Shown here in pieces: positions 9,976-18,307 of a DNA stretch of 64,000 nt. Numbering within the stretch: position 1 is the first letter of the stretch; each line of letters begins with the position of its first letter. The DNA is taken from IMG/VR virus record IMGVR_UViG_3300030372_001717; one strand, 5' to 3'. A model generated the notes under the pieces. The model did not search any database. It had not been told where the DNA came from and saw only the letters and a list, made by a program, of their open reading frames with translations. The stretch comes from an uncultured virus (IMG/VR IMGVR_UViG_3300030372_001717). Taxonomy: Duplodnaviria; Heunggongvirae; Uroviricota; Caudoviricetes. The position numbers and the translations under genes are program-made.

Positions 9976-10419
9976 TTAAAAATGCAGGATATCTTCCGGG
10001 TCCTGGATAACGGCGATTACTTCATCATCGTTTAATATACGAACCTCGCCGCCGTCAATCTTAAAACGAGCACCCGCATATCTACCAAAAATAACCCAGT
10101 CTTTCTCTTTACACCAAGGTCCACTGGGAAATTTTTCTTCGTCCTTGTAAGCTAAAGGTCCTGATTTCAATACATACCCGCAAACCGTTGCCACAGACTC
10201 ACGATCTATGACAGCGTCGGGAAGTAAAACACCACCTTCTGTCTTACCTTTTCCTCTGTACGGAAGTATCAAAAGTCTCCAACCCGTTGGGTTTGGAAGT
10301 CTTTCAAAGGTATCTACATCTACCTTTTTAGGATCTAAAATTTTTTCTTCGGGCTTAACATAAGCCGATTTTAGCGACACCAGATTATCTGTTTCTGGAA
10401 GTTCGGATTTTTTAGACAT
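9976..10419 (-). CDS. groES: co-chaperonin GroES-like protein
   Basis: PTGWRLLI, mobile loop TEGGVLLP, RYAGARFKIDGGEVRILNDDEVIAVI. Confidence 0.85.
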   Translation of the reverse strand: MSKKSELPETDNLVSLKSAYVKPEEKILDPKKVDVDTFERLPNPTGWRLLILPYRGKGKTEGGVLLPDAVIDRESVATVCGYVLKSGPLAYKDEEKFPSGPWCKEKDWVIFGRYAGARFKIDGGEVRILNDDEVIAVIQDPEDILHF

Positions 10420-10604
10420 TATTGCTCCTTGTCTAAGATTTGTCTTAGTTCGCTCCCTATATAGTCTAAAGATTCTACGTTGCCAACAAGTTGTTTGTAC
10501 TCATCCAAAGTTTTTATCGATCCAGAGGTCATCATTTCTGATATACGATCCCTTCTTTCTTTAATTTGCTTATACAAATGTTCTGCAAGCTTAATTCCGT
10601 CCAC
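10419..10604 (-). CDS. hypothetical protein
   Basis: 61-aa helical ORF coupled to groES. Confidence 0.6.
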   Translation of the reverse strand: MDGIKLAEHLYKQIKERRDRISEMMTSGSIKTLDEYKQLVGNVESLDYIGSELRQILDKEQ

Positions 10605-10613
10605 GAGACACCT

Positions 10614-10928
10614 TTATGTAATCCTACACCTAGTTTTTTTATCTGGACGCATAACGCCCCGCCCCCTAACAGCAAAACCACCCGTAGAAGCCGTTGAAAC
10701 CTTGGCTGCTTTCGTGTTTTTTACGACTGTTTTCCCTTTTCCACCCTCTCTTTTCTTTTTTCGAGCGGTTTCTGCACGTTGTTTTTTAGATAAACTATTG
10801 GCTTTATTCCGGGGCAGACAACGATCTGGGTTTCTCTTGTCTTTAGACGTGCCACACTCGCCCTTTATTGAGCCATCAGACCCAATTCTGACCCAATCTT
10901 GGTCCAACCATTTCTTTAATTCGCCCAT
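10614..10928 (-). CDS. basic protein (DUF5872-like)
   Basis: LKKWLDQDWV...CG...CLP; K/R-rich. Confidence 0.55.
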   Translation of the reverse strand: MGELKKWLDQDWVRIGSDGSIKGECGTSKDKRNPDRCLPRNKANSLSKKQRAETARKKKREGGKGKTVVKNTKAAKVSTASTGGFAVRGRGVMRPDKKTRCRIT

Positions 10929-11141
10929 CTAACGGCCTTTACGTTTGCCGCCCTTAGATTTTTTGGCATAATTCGGATCTTTGCAATATTTTGAAGCGGC
11001 TAAATTGGCGTAAGCAGACGGATAAGTGTCAAAAGTCCTTTTTGCCCAAGCTTTTCCTTCAGGGCAGATCTTACTACCCTTACTTTTAGCTTTGGCCGAT
11101 CCACCTTTTCTGTAATAGGTGAGTTTACCTAGTTGAGGCAT
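10929..11141 (-). CDS. small basic protein
   Basis: MPQLGKLTYYRKGG...ICPEGKAWAKRTFDTYPSAYAN; internal ATG with RBS chosen as start. Confidence 0.6.
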   Translation of the reverse strand: MPQLGKLTYYRKGGSAKAKSKGSKICPEGKAWAKRTFDTYPSAYANLAASKYCKDPNYAKKSKGGKRKGR

Positions 11142-11829
11142 TTTTCTTCTTCTCCTTTTTCTTGCTACTATACAGATTATCAAACGTTACGGAAGGGTCC
11201 ATATAACTTTCGTCTGATTCTGCATTGTGCATCCACTGGCTAGGCTTAAAATCCGGGGCTCCTTCACCAGTTTCCCAAAGGGCAGGGCTTGTCGTTCTAA
11301 CGCGATTGTTTGGCAACGCTACAATGTTTCCCGTCCAACTTCCTGCATCTGTAAGCTCTATCACGTGGCTTTGTTTATGCTGCGCGGGGTCATCTGCTAT
11401 GGACGATTCGGTATAATCCACAGTAAACAGGTACTTTCCAGTATAAAAGTCACCGTCTATCTTACATATCCAAGGACTAGAGCTTGTTCTGTCGTACTTT
11501 ATAACTGAATGATGGTGAGAGCTACAGTCCCAAGGTTGAACGTGGTGCGTTACCATTCTCTCAGGCCACTCTTCAAGGGGTGTATCTGCTACCAGGGCGC
11601 TTATAGGCATTCTTGCCCACATAGCGCCTCCGTGTATGTTTTCTTCATCCGAATCGTCACTTTCACAACCCGTAAAAATTACTTGAAAGCTTAAAGAACG
11701 ATCCGGAACAGTGTTTACCGCAATAGCCATACCATGAAGAAACTCTCCATGGTACTTTTCGTGGTTATGCGTAAACTCTCGTCGCACCCAGCAATGAAAA
11801 TGCGGGATGTTGCTTTGCAAATAGGCCAT
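11125..11829 (-). CDS. phage protein of unknown function
   Basis: 234 aa; GGAMWARMPI, QPWDC, YLFTVDY, QHKQSH, ALPNNRV motifs. Confidence 0.7.
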   Translation of the reverse strand: MAYLQSNIPHFHCWVRREFTHNHEKYHGEFLHGMAIAVNTVPDRSLSFQVIFTGCESDDSDEENIHGGAMWARMPISALVADTPLEEWPERMVTHHVQPWDCSSHHHSVIKYDRTSSSPWICKIDGDFYTGKYLFTVDYTESSIADDPAQHKQSHVIELTDAGSWTGNIVALPNNRVRTTSPALWETGEGAPDFKPSQWMHNAESDESYMDPSVTFDNLYSSKKKEKKKNASTR

Positions 11830-11948
11830 TACTTCCGTCGTTTAGCCATTCCGCCTTTAGCATAACCTTTTTTCTTCATCATGCCGCCACCACGTTTTTT
11901 AGCAACGCCACCTTTGGCATAACCTTTCTTCTTCATAGGTTTTTTCAC
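11829..11948 (-). CDS. 39-aa lysine-rich peptide (not in ORF track)
   Basis: AGGAG RBS plus GTG; MKKPMKKKGYAKGGVAKKRGGGMMKKKGYAKGGMAKRRK; stop overlaps next ATG. Confidence 0.7.
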   Translation of the reverse strand: MKKPMKKKGYAKGGVAKKRGGGMMKKKGYAKGGMAKRRK

Positions 11949-11960
11949 AACTTTTCTCCT

Positions 11961-12257
11961 TTAACATTTCCAACGTCTACGAGCCTGCCTAATCCTAGAA
12001 TTAGGATCGTTTCTAGTCTTAGCAGAACTTCTTTTTAATTGCCCCAACGATCTGGCGCAATAACTCTTACGGCGTTTTGCCGCCGCGCTTCCCTTTTTTA
12101 CTTTACCAGTTACGGCAGTTTTAAGTTTTGAACCAGGATTAGCTTTACGATAAGCCTTAACACCTTTTCTCGTCATTCCAGCACCACTTTTAGTGGGGCG
12201 GTAATTAGCACCTTTGCCTTTTGTAGTGCGACGAATAGGTTTTTCTTTGCGGGACAT
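11961..12257 (-). CDS. small basic protein
   Basis: GMTRKGVKAYRKANPGSKLKTAVTG...RRKSYCARS...RRRWKC. Confidence 0.65.
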   Translation of the reverse strand: MSRKEKPIRRTTKGKGANYRPTKSGAGMTRKGVKAYRKANPGSKLKTAVTGKVKKGSAAAKRRKSYCARSLGQLKRSSAKTRNDPNSRIRQARRRWKC

Positions 12258-12664
12258 TACTTGCTAACTTTTTTAAATTTTTCAAAGGTCCTGAGACCTC
12301 CCAACCCCAACATCCCCATCAAAACGGGCATCATTTCGCCAAGATTCATAGAAGGTAACTCTACCAAGTAACCTGTCTGAGCAAGAATAAAAGTTAAAAT
12401 CGGAGTTACAACGTAAGACCATGCTAATGCTACCCCGCAACACCAGCCAATAAATGGACGCCAACCGCTTACCCACACAGAACGGTGAGCCGCTTCTGTC
12501 TTGTTTATGTCCAATTGAGCTAAATCAATTTTAGCAAGATGAGTGGTAAGTTTAGCCTCTATCTCTCTTTCTGCCTTGGCCTTAGCTTCTTTGTCTTCAG
12601 GCAAAAACCTACCTATAACGTCCGTTACGGCAGGTAGTATACTAGGAAGAAGAGCTTGAATCAT
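12257..12664 (-). CDS. holin-family membrane protein (3TM type)
   Basis: EAAHRSVWVSGWRPFIGW...LMGMLGLGGLRTFEK. Confidence 0.7.
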   Translation of the reverse strand: MIQALLPSILPAVTDVIGRFLPEDKEAKAKAEREIEAKLTTHLAKIDLAQLDINKTEAAHRSVWVSGWRPFIGWCCGVALAWSYVVTPILTFILAQTGYLVELPSMNLGEMMPVLMGMLGLGGLRTFEKFKKVSK

Positions 12665-12667
12665 TTT

Positions 12668-13018
12668 CTATTCCTGTTTTGGGTGTTTTGAATTATGAAT
12701 ATGTTGCAAATGGCTTACCTGATCTTGCAAAACTTTCAATTCAGCCTTCATGGTAGCCAGTTCTCTGTTCCTTATCTCTAAAGATTTTACACTGTTTATT
12801 TCTTTTAGAACCTCTATCTGGGAGGAAAAAACCGCCCTCTGACTTTCCGCGTCATCTAAACGAGTATCAAAGCTTGCTTTAAACTTGTCAAAGGCAACGT
12901 GAAAGTTTTCTAAGTCCTCCATTACTCTAGCAAGGTTGTTTTTAACAATAGCGTAGCCACTCGCTATTGTAGCAAGCATTATTAGACCTTGTATCGCATG
13001 AGTGGCGGTAAGCTCCAT
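12668..13018 (-). CDS. membrane-anchored coiled-coil protein
   Basis: N-terminal hydrophobic helix followed by coiled coil. Confidence 0.5.
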   Translation of the reverse strand: MELTATHAIQGLIMLATIASGYAIVKNNLARVMEDLENFHVAFDKFKASFDTRLDDAESQRAVFSSQIEVLKEINSVKSLEIRNRELATMKAELKVLQDQVSHLQHIHNSKHPKQE

Positions 13019-13540
13019 TTATTGCATGTCCTTCAAATACATTAAGAGATAAATACCACCTCCTACAAACGCAATTACACTAATTGCTTTTACTGTCTCA
13101 AGTGCTATTTTTTTCCAGAAACTTTTTTCTTCTTCTGCTCTTCGTTGCGCTTCTTCACGCTGCTCTCTTTTCTTTTTATGTTTCTCAGCAATTCTTTTAG
13201 ATCGTTCTAATTTAATTTTTTCAAACGTACCTTTTCCCCATTTGTTATCAATCTCTCGTTGAAGCGCCTTTAAGTTTCGATCTATTTGTTCCTTTTCTAG
13301 AACATCGGCAGCAACGGACCCAAGTGAGGTCTCGTCATCAAATGCCTCATCTCCTTCCTTTGCTCTAATATTAATTATTTGCTGAGTACGACTTTTCGGC
13401 TTACCTTTTTCTGCCGTTTTTTCTTCCTCTTGCGCTTTAAATAAATGATCTAGCCCTTGAGCTATATCTTTCACGCCCTTGGCAGATTTAACAAGCGTTC
13501 TGGTTGTCGCTATCGCAGCCGCAATGGTAACCGGGTCCAT
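13019..13540 (-). CDS. membrane-anchored protein
   Basis: MDPVTIAAAIA start; C-terminal transmembrane segment. Confidence 0.55.
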   Translation of the reverse strand: MDPVTIAAAIATTRTLVKSAKGVKDIAQGLDHLFKAQEEEKTAEKGKPKSRTQQIINIRAKEGDEAFDDETSLGSVAADVLEKEQIDRNLKALQREIDNKWGKGTFEKIKLERSKRIAEKHKKKREQREEAQRRAEEEKSFWKKIALETVKAISVIAFVGGGIYLLMYLKDMQ

Positions 13541-13551
13541 CTAACTAACCA

Positions 13552-13707
13552 CTATAGTTTTTCCCGGAGAACAAAACCTGCTGCTCCACCAACAATTCCA
13601 AGTACAACAATGATTGGCTGGTCAATTAAAACACCAAAACCCAATACAACTGCTCCAATAGCAGCATAACTAGAAGGTTCTTGTAATCTTTCTTTCACCC
13701 ATTTCAT
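13552..13707 (-). CDS. small two-TM protein
   Basis: MKWVKERLQEPSSYAAIG...; GGAG RBS. Confidence 0.55.
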   Translation of the reverse strand: MKWVKERLQEPSSYAAIGAVVLGFGVLIDQPIIVVLGIVGGAAGFVLREKL

Positions 13708-13717
13708 AACTTCTCTC

Positions 13718-13903
13718 CTATGCAATTGTAAAATCACCGCCCCTAATTGCGGCACCCATGCCACGATTCTTACCTTTTGTGGTAGAACCCTTAGAAACGT
13801 TCGGGGTTACTTCTTCTGTGGCATCGTTATAAGGCACATATCCTTGATCCTCAACAACGATGCCCTCACGAACTCCTCCGTCCGCTTTAGTTTTTTTAGC
13901 CAT
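13718..13903 (-). CDS. small protein after portal
   Basis: RGMGAAIRGG motif; GGAG RBS. Confidence 0.55.
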   Translation of the reverse strand: MAKKTKADGGVREGIVVEDQGYVPYNDATEEVTPNVSKGSTTKGKNRGMGAAIRGGDFTIA

Positions 13904-13915
13904 AACTACTATCTC

Positions 13916-16342
13916 CTAACCTTGTTGTTTCATCATCTCGCGCTCTCTAGCAGCATTTATACGAGCTTGCACGATTTCTTCTTGTGACTGAATACGGGCG
14001 GCACCCAATTGGGCTGAGTTCTCAGCTTTCTGTTGATCCAAAGCCAACCTAGCTTGGTCATTCTGAGCTTCAGCGGCATCTCGTTCTGCACGTAACTGAA
14101 GATCTTGTTGTTTTAACGCAATCAACGGATCAGGCTGTTCACCACCCCCGCTTATTTGACCACTAAGTGCTTTAACCTCTTGCATACCCTGAGCCACAAG
14201 TTGTGCAACCATGCTTTCCACTTGCAAAGCTTGCTCTTCGTTGGGAGGTTGTGATCCCAACTGTTGTTGCATCTCTGCAATGACCTGTTCTTTAGCCTTA
14301 ATAGATACGTGCTCCATAATGTGCTTTTGGAGCGCCATAGCTACATTAGGCATCTGTGAGACCATTGGAGAAGATCCAAACACAAGGTGCGCGATTATAT
14401 GAGCATCATGGTTTTGACCTTGAAATACTCTAAGTGGCAAGTTTTCTAATGCCTCTGAGTTCTCCACCGCAGGATCTTTTGGCGTAGGCTCACCCTGATC
14501 TTGAGGTTTCAGTATACCATCTACGTCTTTGACACCCACCGCTTTGTACATGCGACGATACGCTTCGTACATGTTGTGAATGTCCGGTGCAGATTGCGCC
14601 AACTGTAGCTCCGTCTGAGCCAAAGTGACTCTTTGGGCCATTGAGAAGATGTTGGGGTCAGACACCGGAACAACATCAACCCTAGCATCGAAGTCCTCCG
14701 CTTTTATGGTGCGCTCTGCACCTACTACATTGTATGGATACTCTGGGGGCAGATACTCTCCAAAGACATTTGCAAGAAGTTCAAACTCTTCTTTCTGAGC
14801 ATAGTGCAGGCGCTTATGTATGGCCGACATGACCTTTGCGCCCTGCTCTAACATGGCAATTGTTGTTCCAACCGCAGCCTGCTGGTTTCCGTCGCCTACC
14901 TGCAAATTAGAAACAGCAGCAAAACGTTGCCCCGCTTCCACACAAAAACCCATCAAACTAAACAACGTTTGATCTGCTCCCTTATACGGAAGCAACATCA
15001 AAGAGTCGCGTATGGCACCACCCGGAGCATCTACATCTCTGAACTCACCCGGAGACAATGGATCGTCGTCGTCTCGTATCCGAAGTCCACGAGCCTTAAA
15101 ACCTGCTGGTAAGTTAGAAAGCGTACCTGCATCTATAAGCTGGCGTAGCGCAGCAGTTGCAGTACGGCTCAAACCACCAATCATGTGTATCAGACCCAAA
15201 CCATAAAACCCAAAGCCCGGTAAAAACTTGAAGTGAACAAAGTACTGGTTTTTGTTCCGGTTTGGATCATCTGGCTTATAGTTCCTACGAATGCTCAGAA
15301 GCTTGCCGTTGTTTTCGGCTACAGTTACAACGTATGGCAGCTTAATACCTGTGGGTTCACCGTCATCCCCAGTGTCTTCGTACCCTTCTAGATCCAGGTC
15401 TACGTGGCATTCCAACAAAGTTATTTCTTGGTCAAGCGCATTGGGTGATATACCAGAGATGTCGTCCATTTCTTCGCGGACCTCTGAAGGATCAGCTTGA
15501 GATGCGCTCACCTCTATGTCGCTGTAAAAACCTGCAACCTGTTTCTTGCGAAGTTCATTCTCTGTAATCTGAATAACGTGCGTGACGTTTTCGGCAGTCT
15601 CTAAATCTGTCGCCGTGTAAGGAACAATCAACTGTTCGGCAGGCACAAACTTACTTACAGCCCTTCCAAGAAACTCGTCGTAGTACACCTTCTTGAATGT
15701 AGATCCAGAAAGCGGGAGATAAAACAACATCTGGTCAAATTCCGGTGTGTATTCTTTCATCACACAGGTAATCTGATAATTCATAAAGTGGCGGACCCTA
15801 TCTGCTTGGTTCTCGACTTCTGGAGTTACTTTACCAATAACTTCGGTGCGAACCGGACCACCCGCAGGCAAAAGTTCTCCAAAAGCCTGCGCCTGGAACT
15901 GTGTTACAGACTCTGCCAGTAGCGGATGCGTTACACCCGTAGCCCCACGGAAAGGCTCTGTGCGTTCCTCATACTTAAACCCAAGCAATTCGAGACCCGT
16001 TTTGTAACAGTTCTCCCAATCCTTACGACCTTCTTTGTTTGCCTCATACTCACCCAACAAATCAGAAGCAATCCGGGATGAAATAATATCTCCAAGATCT
16101 TCAGATAGGTTATCGTAGAAGTCACCCGTGTCTGGACGCGACATAGCGGGATCAAAGTCAACAACAACGCCCCCGTCTTCCTCTAACTCAATGCTCAACT
16201 CAGGCGTTTCGATTACCGTATCATCGTCAACGGCAACCTCTTCTTCTCCGCCTTCTTCTAAATCCACAGGAGGTATCTCATTACGGCGCTCTACGAGAGA
16301 AGCCGTTCCTGAAATACTACGAGGCAACGGATTTCTAGCCAT
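13916..16342 (-). CDS. portal protein (P22-like)
   Basis: 808 aa; HPLLAESVTQFQAQA, LFYLPLSGSTFKKVY, LRQLIDAGTLSN, MSAIHKRLH; C-terminal coiled coil. Confidence 0.88.
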   Translation of the reverse strand: MARNPLPRSISGTASLVERRNEIPPVDLEEGGEEEVAVDDDTVIETPELSIELEEDGGVVVDFDPAMSRPDTGDFYDNLSEDLGDIISSRIASDLLGEYEANKEGRKDWENCYKTGLELLGFKYEERTEPFRGATGVTHPLLAESVTQFQAQAFGELLPAGGPVRTEVIGKVTPEVENQADRVRHFMNYQITCVMKEYTPEFDQMLFYLPLSGSTFKKVYYDEFLGRAVSKFVPAEQLIVPYTATDLETAENVTHVIQITENELRKKQVAGFYSDIEVSASQADPSEVREEMDDISGISPNALDQEITLLECHVDLDLEGYEDTGDDGEPTGIKLPYVVTVAENNGKLLSIRRNYKPDDPNRNKNQYFVHFKFLPGFGFYGLGLIHMIGGLSRTATAALRQLIDAGTLSNLPAGFKARGLRIRDDDDPLSPGEFRDVDAPGGAIRDSLMLLPYKGADQTLFSLMGFCVEAGQRFAAVSNLQVGDGNQQAAVGTTIAMLEQGAKVMSAIHKRLHYAQKEEFELLANVFGEYLPPEYPYNVVGAERTIKAEDFDARVDVVPVSDPNIFSMAQRVTLAQTELQLAQSAPDIHNMYEAYRRMYKAVGVKDVDGILKPQDQGEPTPKDPAVENSEALENLPLRVFQGQNHDAHIIAHLVFGSSPMVSQMPNVAMALQKHIMEHVSIKAKEQVIAEMQQQLGSQPPNEEQALQVESMVAQLVAQGMQEVKALSGQISGGGEQPDPLIALKQQDLQLRAERDAAEAQNDQARLALDQQKAENSAQLGAARIQSQEEIVQARINAAREREMMKQQG

Positions 16343-16343
16343 A

Positions 16344-17249
16344 TTACCGGACCCTCAAGGACATAATACCACCGTTGGCTCTTCTCTCTGGTGGACTGTA
16401 CGTTTGCGTCTGAGGATCGAAACCAGGGTTTTGCGTAACGCCCATACCTAAACCAGGAGCCGCATCGAGGCCTCCTAAAAAACCAGTAAATCGTCCGGTT
16501 GGCATTCGTCCTGCTGCACCCAACTGTGCCGCAGTCCCAAACTCCATCATGTTCATCTGCTGCTGTTGAGCAGCCATCATGTCCGCATCTACTTTAGCTC
16601 TTGCAGCCATAAGCTGTTCGTCACTTAGCCCCATAAGAGAATCTGGGTTCATACCAAGAGACGTTGCTATATATTCAATAGTAGCCGCCCTAATTTCACT
16701 ATCCATAGCTTGGGGTTCTGCATCATCCATTGTTACCCCTTGGGGACCCGTCCCGTTGGCATACCTCAAAGGGCGAAAGCCCATCATGTTTTCCATTTCT
16801 TCTCCTTCAGGGTTAAACGCTAGACCCTTCAATATTTCATTACTAAACGGGTTGGGCTTCATAGCCACAGAAAGACTACTTAAATCAGCCGCAGAATTAG
16901 GTCTAGCCCCAACAGGAAGGAAAGCATTCAAACCTGTGGGTAAAACGGGGCCAAGGCCTTGCTTGCCGGTTACACGACCTGTTTCTGGGTCTAAGTAAGT
17001 TACAAATGCAAGATCTTTTAGACTTTGCCCAAAAACGTCGCTCAACACACTGCTCGGTTCTGGTTTTCTTTGCTCATACAATTCTTTTATGCGTTGAATA
17101 GGTGTGCTCTTTTCAACTGGAGGAGCAGCCTCTTGGTCTTTCCTATTGCGATACCTTCCCTGCATTTCTTTCCATGCCCTCAAGGCACGGCTCTGTGACT
17201 CGCGGTATTCCTCATCGGGTTCACCGGGACGTTGTGGTCTTCTCATCAT
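16344..17249 (-). CDS. hypothetical, possible internal virion protein
   Basis: 301 aa; ends RRANGGIMSLRVR. Confidence 0.55.
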   Translation of the reverse strand: MMRRPQRPGEPDEEYRESQSRALRAWKEMQGRYRNRKDQEAAPPVEKSTPIQRIKELYEQRKPEPSSVLSDVFGQSLKDLAFVTYLDPETGRVTGKQGLGPVLPTGLNAFLPVGARPNSAADLSSLSVAMKPNPFSNEILKGLAFNPEGEEMENMMGFRPLRYANGTGPQGVTMDDAEPQAMDSEIRAATIEYIATSLGMNPDSLMGLSDEQLMAARAKVDADMMAAQQQQMNMMEFGTAAQLGAAGRMPTGRFTGFLGGLDAAPGLGMGVTQNPGFDPQTQTYSPPERRANGGIMSLRVR

Positions 17250-18151
17250 CGTCTTGGTCCTCCGAAAGGTAGCCCAAAACGTAGCATGACTTCAGCCGAA
17301 CTCTCGCTACCAATAGGGTTTCTGTACCCACCTGTAACTTTAGTAGGAACAGGTAAACCAAAAAGTTTATCTAAGCTATAAGACATATCCGCACGGGTGC
17401 CAGTTCCCACACCACGAACGTTATCCAAACCACCCTGGATACCAAGCTGACCCGGACCAAGCTGGCCCTCGTAACCTAAATTAAGTCCCGTCACATTTGG
17501 TTCTTGGGCCGTGGGCCGTTCTTCCTCATCAATGTACTGTGGAAGCTCAGTAGACCTAAACCTACGCAAAAGATCACCGGACAAAGTACCTTGGCCCAAG
17601 GGCAACGAACCACCGACACCTACTTCAGTTGTCTTTTCGTCAACGTCAGGGTTTCTAAAAAACTGACGATACTCCTCTGGAACAACCGTGCGTCTGCCCG
17701 TGGTTCTCTCACCACGAAATTGTAAGGGACCTAAATTAAGAGAGCCACCCATGGTTCTTCCACGAAAGTCAGCGTCCGCCTCATTGGTCGTTTCTTTAAC
17801 GAAAGATCTAATAGGACCCAGACTGCTTTCAATCGTATCACTGACCACGGTGCCTTGGTCCTTCGGAAGTCTGGTTGCTTGCCTAGAATATCTCAAAGGA
17901 TCAGAGCCCACGGTTAACGATACAGTCTTCTCGCCCCTTGGGACAACTCGTCCACTAACGCCAGCTTCTGGCAAACTTGGATCTTCCGGAACTAACGCAA
18001 GTGCGGCGGCAGGTGCTTCATCTTCTAAGCCCCCAGCTAAAAAAGCTTTGTAGGGCCTTGAAGTAAACAAAAGAAACTCAGCCGCTGTTGCCTTATTTAA
18101 ATCAACAGGTTCTAATTCTAATGGTTTAGGAGGACCAAACTCATCTGCCAT
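17246..18151 (-). CDS. hypothetical protein
   Basis: 301 aa, AGGAG RBS, Gly-rich beta-like segments. Confidence 0.55.
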   Translation of the reverse strand: MADEFGPPKPLELEPVDLNKATAAEFLLFTSRPYKAFLAGGLEDEAPAAALALVPEDPSLPEAGVSGRVVPRGEKTVSLTVGSDPLRYSRQATRLPKDQGTVVSDTIESSLGPIRSFVKETTNEADADFRGRTMGGSLNLGPLQFRGERTTGRRTVVPEEYRQFFRNPDVDEKTTEVGVGGSLPLGQGTLSGDLLRRFRSTELPQYIDEEERPTAQEPNVTGLNLGYEGQLGPGQLGIQGGLDNVRGVGTGTRADMSYSLDKLFGLPVPTKVTGGYRNPIGSESSAEVMLRFGLPFGGPRR

Positions 18152-18307
18152 GTTATACTCCTGACAACAGTCGCCATCTTACTCCGCTTAACGGCACATT
18201 GTCTATAGATTGTCCGTTATTTGCCCTTATCGTAAAGAAAGACCCATATTACAAATATAACCGCTACGCCCACCGCAATGGTCAAAAACGTACCGTTATA
18301 AAGGCCA

